A stretch of DNA of 63,992 bases, filler included, from Basidiobolus ranarum (lineage: Eukaryota): NCBI GenBank assembly GCA_040143965.1. It is 4 parts of 4 records of this genome, joined end to end, with 100 filler letters (N's around TTAATTAATTAA, not from the genome) between each part and the next. Parts side by side here need not be neighbours in the genome. Positions count along the whole stretch, not along the records: positions 33,535 to 50,149 come from JASJQH010007212.1; 3 more parts are not named here. The stretch is one strand, 5' to 3'. Below are positions 36,983 to 47,235 of this stretch, one piece after another. The notes under the pieces are model-generated. The model did not search any database, had not been told where the DNA came from, and was given only the letters and a program-made list of their open reading frames with translations. The stretch's first letter is position 1. Every line of letters starts with the position of its first letter. The position numbers were made by a program, and so were the translations under genes.

Positions 36983-37504
36983 CCGGTGTACAACTTGTAT
37001 TCTAAATCTCATAAGAATAAATATCATTATCAGACTTGGCTCGACACCAGTGTTTTTCTACGGCATATACTAGAGTGTACTCAACCTTCACTCAATAGAC
37101 TATCAAGAGATTTCCATCATATGTTATATAGTACTTGGTTTGACTACGTTCGTGCCTTCTTTCAGTCCTATATTTATGATTTTATCGTTGGTTACTATTG
37201 AACTAGCTGGTGGTGCTAGCATTCTGATGGAACTGGGGTAATGCCCAGCGGTGTTTGTGTTTCTCAATTGTCCAATAGAGCTTGTAGGTTGATGGGTATT
37301 TTAATAGTATTTACTTGGATAATTAAACGGCTTCTATCGAAACCAGTCAGTGGGTAGTCATTCCATAATAAAGTAACAATAGCATGTACTATTAATGTGT
37401 ACGATACGAGTCTATCTATTCGGTGGGATATATATGAGGGAAGGGTCTTAGAAATGGACATAGATCAACAGGACAAGTGGTTAAGTAAACGTTCTAGTTA
37501 ATGA

Positions 37505-38501
37505 TTATTCAATCAATGTTCTACCATCCGACCAGTACAAATCGCCATAATTGACGAAGATTTCTTCATTTGCCTCGATATCACGTAATGCCACATAGAA
37601 GATGTGCCAGAGGTTGTCATGAACACTGTACATGGTTTGTGCATTCTGCAGCTCTAATTGGATAAAATAGGAATTCAATTTAGTTGGCAGCCAAAAATAA
37701 CATCTGCATTGGACCTACTGGTGTTATGGTTTGCAAATCGAAGATAGTTTCCGATGTCCCAGGAGTCAACGCTCAAATCAACCTGGAAAGAATCCTTGTC
37801 CACTACAACACTATCGAGATAACTATACTGCCAAGCATAAGCCCCGTTGAGAGTATTATTGGTGAGTAAGCCTATTGGGTTTCCAGAGTTAATCTTTGCA
37901 TATGTCAACGAAGCAAAGGCACTTTTCATTACCAGTATATAAGCCAACGATGGTCCCCTCGGGAATTAACTCGCAAGTGAATAGACCCCATTTAATAATA
38001 TCATTGATCCAGCGAATGTATAGACGCTCGTCATCCGTGTCTTCTTTAATGATTTCTATATATTCACTGAATACTTCGGCGTTCTCAATGATTTCCTCGA
38101 TATCCTCCTCACTCTCCATAAAGTCAAACGGGCTAGCACCAGCCACCCACTCCTCAATTTCCTTATCTACTACCATATGGTTTACAGGAGTGATGTTGAA
38201 AGCTTCCTGAAAGTCAGGCATATAGTACCGCCGGTACAGGTATGTTCCATTTTGATAAAGTCCAGGGTCGAAGAGTGAAAGTTCAACATTGGAATCCAAG
38301 ACAGCGTCTAGTGAAATTGTTAAAGTGCGCAGTTAGAGAACGAATCTTTTCAGGGATTTCTAATATCCCAACTGGTACTAGAGAACTCACCTCCTTGTAC
38401 TAAGAATAGTTGACTGAGCAGGGTGATTACTCCGAGTAACTGAAGATTGTGTTATAGTTAGATACGAGATGATGAACCCCAAGCGCAATTACAGTTACCA
38501 T
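37505..38501 (-). CDS. Stand-alone SET-domain protein with N-terminal signal peptide (242 aa, 5 exons)
   Basis: Exons 38501-38499, 38439-38391, 38307-37933, 37871-37719, 37653-37505, all GT-AG and in frame. SET motifs KWGLFT, YTG, GNYLRFANH, RDIEANEEIFVNYGDLYW. Confidence 0.85.
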
Positions 38502-39833
38502 GATGTATTTACGATGCGAATGCGAGCTCTTAGTATTTGAAGGGTTGTTATTATTATATTGTGTCGGCCAATTTATATGTTTAGAGAAAAGGAAACGGAG
38601 AGGAAAGCTAAGATGTGGATAGATAAAGATGAATCCAGAACCATTTATACAAGTCATAGGAGCCCTCGTACTTGCCAATATTCGCTTCCGTAACGTATCC
38701 TTGCTTTTGTAAATGGCATGTTGCATTGCATGTGGGCTTTGCAGCAGTACACCCCAACTACCCTGGCCTCTATGTTGATAATAATGTATTTGACCCTCAG
38801 ATGTGTTTCAGAGATCAAAGTGATGCGGTAGTGTTTATATTGATCATCGGGAAATCGAGCAGATAAAGAAAGTCAGAAAACTTGTCGTTGTATGCCAACA
38901 AAAGATTGCACAACAATAATCTGAATATGACGTTCAACTTCAAGATGCTATCGATCTTGCGCTCTCCTACAGTTAAACTAGTACATACTTGTTGAAAAGG
39001 AAAACGAGTTGATCAATTGAGCAGGTAAATGGAATTCGATTCGACCGATGACCCACAAAAACCCTTATTTACTAAAGATGCGGAATGTAGTTATACTAAT
39101 ATCATGACTAGTTTCTGCTCATCTTGGTTTTGAAGAATCAGATCTACATCATAGTAAGCTCGATCCTCTGAGCAAGTCAATTGTGCTCTTGTTACGAGGC
39201 AGAAGCAGACTAGAGAAGTGCAGGTGATGCATGGAAGAGAGCTCAATTAAACATCTGAACATTAGCGAAATATGCACCATTATGCTGTTTAGACATCGCC
39301 ATTCTGATTACCATGGAGGAGTGGTGTTGGAACATGTAATAGTTGCTGAAGATCTGATCAGCAGTGTTAGTAGTACATTTGAATGCTTCTATAATCTAGA
39401 ACGTGAATGTAAGGTACATATCAACTTGACATTCACACAATTGTCTAATGCCACAATTCGTATCATCTCTGTGATCTTATTGTGCACCGCACCAGAGCCC
39501 ATGCTGGTCAGGTAGTATTAATGTGATTTGCCCAATGCATGATGAAATCAACAAACCAGTGTCAATAAGTTTGTAAATGATAGTGTTTCTGTGGGTTAAC
39601 GCACCTCCAGAATAATATTTTATCTGGACTTTACATCCACACATAAATACCCTTAGGTCCCTTCTATTCGATAGTTATCGAGCTTCAACTCTTCTACCAT
39701 ACTTCAAACGTTGGATCTTTACTTGTAAATCAAAAGTAGCAGTCCACCCATAACCAATTGTGGCTTAGAAGTATTCCCTGCATCTAGAACTAACTACTTA
39801 TAACGAATCCTATCTACTCTCGTACTTGAGACC

Positions 39834-40313
39834 ATGATTTCTTCGAAATATTTGCTATGCTGGTTTGCTTTCACTATGTGGGTAAATGCTGAGACCACTC
39901 TCATTAAGGTACTCTTTCTGTCATACGACAAGTCAAATGTCACCATCGCCGCAGGAGATACTGTTCAATGGTCGTGGCTAAGCTCTACTCATTCGGTAAC
40001 TCAGGGAGCTCAGCAAGGGAGCTGTGATCCAATGCCTGGTGGATTTGACTCTTCCGTATTGGATGTTGGGTCTAACTTTAGCGTTGTCTTTAGCAAGCCT
40101 GGAATCTATTACTATCATAGCAACAATGGATTGAATTGCCGCTCTGGCATGGCAGGAGAGATAAATGTTGGTACCTTAAACAATGGCGTATTGACTCTCC
40201 CTCCACGACCGAAACTTACTCTGGATAGCGTGTCTATTGCTACAATAACTTCGGCTAGAGTACCTTTTCTCTTGGGAATCATTTTGACTGTATTTGTAGG
40301 AATGATGATATAG
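39834..40313 (+). CDS. Secreted or surface-anchored cupredoxin-fold protein
   Basis: Signal peptide, VTIAAGDTVQWSW, HSVTQG, CDP..GGFDS, FSKPGIYYY...C..GMAGEINV, hydrophobic C-terminus (TM or GPI signal). Confidence 0.85.
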   Translation: MISSKYLLCWFAFTMWVNAETTLIKVLFLSYDKSNVTIAAGDTVQWSWLSSTHSVTQGAQQGSCDPMPGGFDSSVLDVGSNFSVVFSKPGIYYYHSNNGLNCRSGMAGEINVGTLNNGVLTLPPRPKLTLDSVSIATITSARVPFLLGIILTVFVGMMI

Positions 40314-42384
40314 ATTAGCATTACATAATATAAATATACCTCTGATCTGATGCTGTGGAGCCTCTAGGTTACTACACGAGAATAAGTATCTACAATTTAT
40401 TTCGGGCATTAAATAGAGCACGATATATTCCTGTATTCCGGTATTCCAGTTCAAAACAGATATCTGGTTTTTGTTTTTTACACCACTTGCTTAACGTAAA
40501 ATTATACCATTTATGAAACCTAATCCCTAGTTATAATTTACCCTTTATCTCTTTATCCTCAATAAACTCCTTTATAGTAAGACTAGATGGATAGATGCAA
40601 AAACCTTTTGCACCATTTGCAGAGGAAGGTATTGTATTATAGGCAGCCAAGTAGGTCAAAACTCTTGCCAAGCAATAGAGGCTGTATATCACTTCTAATT
40701 CTTATTTGATGGCATCTGTATATCATATGGACGAGTCTGCATATGGCTGGGACATGTATAGATATATATAGAATCAATCAGCCAATTGAAGTATTATTGT
40801 GGTACTGACATTGACACCTATCAAGCCAGCGTAGAGGATAATCTCTTGAAGAAATGACGTGTCTTCCCCGTCGGTACAAATGTTGTGGATTTGGTCCAGA
40901 TAAAAGTCTCATGCCATTCTAAGCAAAGATTTCATCAGTTATGATTGGTGGCACCAGGCAATAGGTAGATAGCAGTTCATGCCCTAACTTGGAAACTATA
41001 TCACAGATACGTGCACTGGGATTTCGACAGGTCAGCCCACTGTTTCAAATGCATCAGCAGCGTTTATCATGTGGCCATTTGCCATATTGCAACCACTTTG
41101 TGATAAATTATTGGCTACGATCACACTGCAACCTTAGAATTCAGGCATGAAAGCCATTTGAATGAGTTGTCAAGCAAGCTAAGCTTGTGGAAAGGATCAG
41201 GTACAAGCCGACCAAATTATGGATATTCATTCAAAAAACCCATCATTGAATACCTGCATCTTCAGCAAGTCTCGTCTATGATTTAACCTCGAGAACTATC
41301 TCAGCTAACCTTAACCATGAGATGAATATTCGCGAATTGGGGAATAGGAAGGTGACCGAATCGTAGCAACCACTACTGTTAGATAAAAATCCGAAAACTA
41401 CAGATTGTAACCTTCTCACGCACAATATTCTCATAGCTGACCTGTTTCATCGTCGAAGTATCCTAGCTCATGATTACCAGGATATTCATTTACCAATCCT
41501 AATGGATGACTATCACATTTATTCACGACTATACTGAATGAATAGATGAAGATTCTCCAGCTTGTATCCTGACAGTGGGAGGGGGATTTCGGCCTATCGT
41601 TGGATGAATTTACCAGAGAAAAAAAAGTATTGCCGAGACGAGTGTCACCGTCTTATCCAGTGAAATCCGTCTTTTTTAATCTCTTGGAATGTATGGCAGA
41701 GTAACGTTGACGCTTTTCAAAGATGATGCAATTTTGGTTATGGTGGGTAGCGATACAGTAGTACCTAAGGGTATAGGCCATGTGAACAGACAAGTTCAGA
41801 ATATCATTACGCATTAATCTTTATTTATGCTTGCGAGATCAATCAATCATGGCATATTGAATGAGAAACTTCATTTATCGTCGTAACAGAGATCAACCCG
41901 ACCTCCAGTCTGATCTTGACGCCTTTCAGGAAGTTAACTAAAATATAGCTGACTCGATGTAAGATATATACTGATCGGTGCAAGAAATTATCGAGATTCT
42001 ATACCGGTTACTTTGCATTAGATATAAATACATTCATGTGGTTTTATTAAGGATCCGCAAAAATACGACTCAAATTATCGAAATTAACTATCCCAATAAT
42101 GGATTGGGGATTGAACTCGTCGATTCTTCCTAAATATGTATTGTTAGCCTTATGAACTTTTATCTATTTATATTATGCTTGAAAGACGGCTCGGAAAAAC
42201 GTTAGCATTACTAACAAAAACGGCTACAGTGATTAAGCTAACGACCTTGAAATATCACACTCAATATCTAATTACTGTGAAAGCCACCAAACACCAAATG
42301 TGAAGTTCTAAAATACGATGTTTAAAAGAAATACTATTCAAAATTACTCTCATCACCTGACCCGCGAGGTTCGGTTCAATGTTG

Positions 42385-42390
42385 TATAAA
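42385..42390 (+). promoter_or_regulatory. Candidate TATA box of the first DPP5 gene
   Basis: TATAAA about 40 nt upstream of ATG 42430. Confidence 0.4.
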
Positions 42391-42429
42391 TAACTGGGCC
42401 AAGAGCTTGGCATATGGAAAACAATAACA

Positions 42430-44487
42430 ATGAGGTGCTTGTGCTATATCGCTCTTCTTACTGTACCTTTGGCTAGTGCTTTGCGCCCTTTCACACCTCA
42501 GGATCTAGTCACCTTTGACAGGCCCGGAGTAGCCATCCCATCTCCAGACGGCAAATGGGCAGTGTTCAGTAGCTCCAATTATTCAATCACCGAGAACTCC
42601 AGCACTGCCAATCTCTGGTTGTTGAATATAAACAACAGCCAAGTTACCTCATTGACTACTCCTGGTAAATATGGGGATAGTGAAGCCCTTTGGTTAGACA
42701 CAGCAACTGTTGGGTTTATATCTTCTCGGACAGAGACATCCCAACTATGGGCTGTCGATGTGACTAAAGCCGGCTCGCAGCCGGTGCAAGTGACCAACTT
42801 TACCGTGGACATTGGGAACATAAAGTACAATCACAAAGCAAAGTTACTCGCCTTTACAGCTGGAGTATACTCTGATGGTAGTATGAGTAAGGCTGTAGAA
42901 TTGGATTCGGCTAATGCGAAGCGCCCAGATTCTGGCATGGCGTTTGACCAGCTCTTTGTTAGACATTGGGATCACTTTGTGACAAGTAAAAAGCAGAATA
43001 TCTTCACCGTAAAGCTGGGAAAAAGTGGAAACAAATACAATGTTATAGGGGATGCAACAAATGTCATGTCCAAGGTACATTTGGAATCACCAGTTGATCC
43101 TTTCGGAGACGCTGGTGATTATGATATATCGCCAGACGGAAAAGAGATTGCATTCATCTCGAAGAAGCCCGGGAGAGATCAGGCATGGGAGACGGATATA
43201 AATGTATATTCTGTTCCATCAGATGGCAGTAAGCCACCTAAATCTTTAACCGACAAGAACTATGGGCAAACTGCCTCACCTGCTTATTCTCCAGATGGAA
43301 AAACCCTGGCTTGGCTGCAAATGGAACGCCGTGGATTTGAATCTGATCGTAAGCGGATTATTCTCCATGATCTCCATAAACAGAAATCTACATACCTCAA
43401 TCAGAATTGGGATCGCAGTCCAAACGGGATCACATGGTCACCGGATTCGAAGACGCTTTACCTTCCAACTGAGGAGTATGGTCGAGTCAAGTTATTCTCT
43501 GCTGACCTCAGAAGCGGACACATTAAAACTTTGACTCAGAAAGGAAGTGTTGGAAATGTCGTTGCTCTTGACAACGACAGACTCTTCTTGACGCAGAACG
43601 CAATGAATCATCCAAATGAATTTTACACCATCAACAAAAATGGCGCAGGTCTTAAGCAGATATCACACCTGCATGAGGCCAAGACCAAGGAACTCTATCT
43701 TCCGGAGCCAGAAGATTTCTGGTTCAAGGGAGCCAATGGAGATAAAGTCCATGGCTGGATACTCAGACCTATAGGCTTTGATCCAAAGAAAAAGTACCCT
43801 GTTGCATTTTTGGTCCATGGAGGTCCCCAAGGCTCATGGGCTGATGGGTGGAGCACTCGTTGGAATCCAGAGATTTATTCTTCAGCAGGATATGTCATGA
43901 TCGCTATCAATCCTCGTGGTTCTACCGGTTATGGTCAGAAGTTCACGGATCAAGTATCGGAGAATTGGGGCGGTCTTCCTTATGAAGATCTCATGAAGGG
44001 CCTTGATAATATCTTGGCAGAGTATAAGTTCACTGACGAGAAGCGTATGTGTGCACTTGGAGGTAGCTATGGCGGTTACATGATGAACTGGTTCAATGGT
44101 CACACTGATCGTTTCAACTGCCTAGTCAACCATGATGGTATGTTTTCCAGCGTTGGAACTTACTATTCCACTGATGAGCTCTGGTTTGCAGAGTGGGAAT
44201 TTGGTGGAAAGCCATGGGAAGAAAAGTCCAAGAAGATCAATGAGAAGTGGTCTCCGTCTAATTATGTACAGAACTGGAAGACACCCACGTTAGTGATTCA
44301 CAGTCAAAAGGACTATCGATTGGTTCTTGCAGAAGGTTTATCCACATTCACTGCGCTACAAAGGCAAAATATTCCATCACGCTTGTTGTACTTCCCAGAT
44401 GAAAGCCATTGGGTAACAAAGCCTGCCAATTCTCTTCGTTGGCACAATGAGGTTTTGGGCTGGCTCAAGAATTGGACCAAAAATTAG
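42430..44487 (+). CDS. DPP5: Secreted dipeptidyl-peptidase V (family S9), copy 1
   Basis: Signal peptide, PD40-like propeller repeats (SPDGK), HGGPQG, NPRGSTGYGQ, catalytic GGSYGG, DYR, ESHW; intronless. Confidence 0.93.
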   Translation: MRCLCYIALLTVPLASALRPFTPQDLVTFDRPGVAIPSPDGKWAVFSSSNYSITENSSTANLWLLNINNSQVTSLTTPGKYGDSEALWLDTATVGFISSRTETSQLWAVDVTKAGSQPVQVTNFTVDIGNIKYNHKAKLLAFTAGVYSDGSMSKAVELDSANAKRPDSGMAFDQLFVRHWDHFVTSKKQNIFTVKLGKSGNKYNVIGDATNVMSKVHLESPVDPFGDAGDYDISPDGKEIAFISKKPGRDQAWETDINVYSVPSDGSKPPKSLTDKNYGQTASPAYSPDGKTLAWLQMERRGFESDRKRIILHDLHKQKSTYLNQNWDRSPNGITWSPDSKTLYLPTEEYGRVKLFSADLRSGHIKTLTQKGSVGNVVALDNDRLFLTQNAMNHPNEFYTINKNGAGLKQISHLHEAKTKELYLPEPEDFWFKGANGDKVHGWILRPIGFDPKKKYPVAFLVHGGPQGSWADGWSTRWNPEIYSSAGYVMIAINPRGSTGYGQKFTDQVSENWGGLPYEDLMKGLDNILAEYKFTDEKRMCALGGSYGGYMMNWFNGHTDRFNCLVNHDGMFSSVGTYYSTDELWFAEWEFGGKPWEEKSKKINEKWSPSNYVQNWKTPTLVIHSQKDYRLVLAEGLSTFTALQRQNIPSRLLYFPDESHWVTKPANSLRWHNEVLGWLKNWTKN

Positions 44488-47235
44488 TATATTTTGATGG
44501 TAATTATTGGCTAGTTTTGATTTCACTACATTCCCAAATTCACATTATACACTGAGTCTTTTTGACACGATTGAATCTCAACACTTTTGAAGACATATTG
44601 TCAACTGCATAGTCATTTTGCTTTTAGTATAGACTAGTTTTCTATCCATGCACTATCGAATAAATTATGAAGTTGATTAACGGTGACAGAACAATTTTCT
44701 CTATTTCTTCGTAAATCGCTTGTGAAAACTGCACCTCGATCATATTGCAGCATTTCCCCTGAATAGACAACACAACTATCATAGTGAAGCCAAACACTTG
44801 CGTTTATTCGTATATAAGGCAACCTACACATCATAATAAATACATTCAATGGTGTCAATGTATCAGGGAATATCTCACGCTCAAGCTCTGTCAGCCTTTT
44901 AAAGACATGATTCTAAATAAAAAAATATGAATATGCAACAAATCTTTTAATGAACGAGGATACCTTTGGCTCTCCACATATCTCTCATTTCTAGAACTCT
45001 GTGCGTTCACGCTTCCCAGATACGACTTGGTAGAATCATCGCTGCAAACATACGATGCAGAGATATTCTTTGGTTCTCCGAGTAATGATGTGGCTTAAAT
45101 ATCATTCAATTTGGAAGAATGAGCGTGAATTACATAATCCCAATACACTTGATTTTGTATTGGCTTGTGATGTGGTATCTAAATGTGTACCACACAAGTG
45201 CAATGTTCTCCACCAATCCACCCTGACCTTGGAAACACTAAATCTGACTGTGTGAAAAGCTTTCTAACATTTAGTATTTGTGTTGGTGGGAGATGAACCA
45301 GTGGACCATTGAGCCTTGGCTCAGGAGTTAGTTTTTACTGGTTGAGTACAGAGCATACCTAACATCAAAGCATAACACGACTGAAATACCCAGAATATTC
45401 AGGTCGATGGTTACAATACCAACAGTAGAAACCCAGTTCAGTCTATCAATGATTACTCTCACGTTGACCGATTTCCCATTGACCGAAGTATACACTATTG
45501 GCTGGAACACCCAGAAAGGAATAAGCCATGTCAGCCGATGATAAAACCCATCATGCCCTTGACCGATAACACTCAAATCCGTCACTAAATAGAACTCGAG
45601 CTGAGCCGTATCACATATCGCCCGCTTATTTGCCTGCTTAACCTCGGATTGGGCTTTGGGTGGAAATGAAAGAAGTTTCTTTTGATCACTTGTATTTTCA
45701 GTCATGGGAAAATTAAGTAACCAACTGGATAGAAAAGGAAATCAATAATACATTGTTCACACGAGCACTCTCCAGAATAGTGAAAGTGCGTTTACTGTGG
45801 ATGTTTAGAGTCACTAAATCAATCCTACTACTCGGCAATAAGTAGTCTTGTCGATATGAATTTTTCCTCTTCAAAGCACCTAGCTGATCTTCTGCGAAAT
45901 TCAATGTCCAATGATCAGTATCCGCCATTTCACTAGTATTAGAACGCCAACATCCTAGCCCTAATAGGGCAGTGGGGGTTACTCACTTCGTTCTTCGCTT
46001 TGAAATAGTCTTCAGAGGAGGCAGCTCCGATGGAATTTAGCACTCGCCACCCAGCATTTTCTAGCATAACCAAAAACGAGAAAATGAACCAAAAATATTC
46101 CATTCTACATGGTTTCTCTATCTCCTGGAAACTCCTACATGATGGATTTGACAAATTTGTAAAAAATTGTACATGATTCTACAGCTGTACAATAAAATCA
46201 GGTTTTGGATAATTGTGCGTTACTGTTGATTGATAGTGATCTATCTGTGGGAAAATAGACACAACCTTTTGCATTCAGAAAAGGATTTGGAACAACATAC
46301 TAGAGAGCTTCAAGAGACTCCGTGCTGGTGTTTCCAAGAGAACTCTAAAGCTACCGCGTAAGTGTGCGCAATGAGCGTGCAGTTATTGGTGTCGAACTCA
46401 TGGTATATTCATCTATGATACATTCTTTCCATCAAACAGTATTCCAGGTTGAAGCGTATATTTGTCCAATTGGGATGTTCCAAAGAGGGTTCCACCTATT
46501 GCTCAGAGGGGTTTCATCGTACATTTGGAAGAGCATACCAAGCATATCGGAATTAAGCTCCATCAATCAAATCTCATCATCCTTAGTCCTAGAAATCACT
46601 TTGGTACCTTACAAAATAAAAGATGGAACTGTTTCGGCGAATTCAATGTTATCTGCACATGCATTAGTAGTTCCAGAAATCGGGTGCAACATTTACTGGA
46701 TAATGTCGGAAATCAAAACTCAATATTAGCTTGAAGTAACTTACCTGCTTTACAAATCAGACCTAGTTTATGGACCAAATTTCTGGAATATCAGAAATGA
46801 TGCCTCAACAAAATCGGAATCGTGCAACATAGTCACACTCATGGGAAACCTCAAAATTATCAATGCATTCTCAGGCAATCCTTTTCCAAGTTTCGTTTGG
46901 CTTGGAGATATTATCACGGTTAATTCGCACCTCGATGAATTCCAAAATTCCAAGAATTATGGATGATCTTTCCAAAATGGTTGGCTCATTGTGTATTACG
47001 TATCGCAAATATTTATCAGAAAATGATGAAATTCGGCATTAGTTTCCTGCTCTAAAAATCGCCTCATTTTCATACAGAATTGTGTTGTGCAAATAGAACT
47101 TTGAAGTTGTTAAGCTCACACGAATACTTTTTGCATGGGTCATGCGATTTATCGCATACGACAAACTCCTATTTAAGTCAACACTTTCCTTCAATTCTCA
47201 TCAACCATTCGTCGGCTTATCTCCAAAACACAAAT

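Noticed and set aside
47080-47235. 52-aa N-terminal extension of DPP5 copy 2 in the ORF track
   Set aside because: It starts at a non-ATG codon; ATG 47236 aligns with copy 1 and begins the signal peptide.
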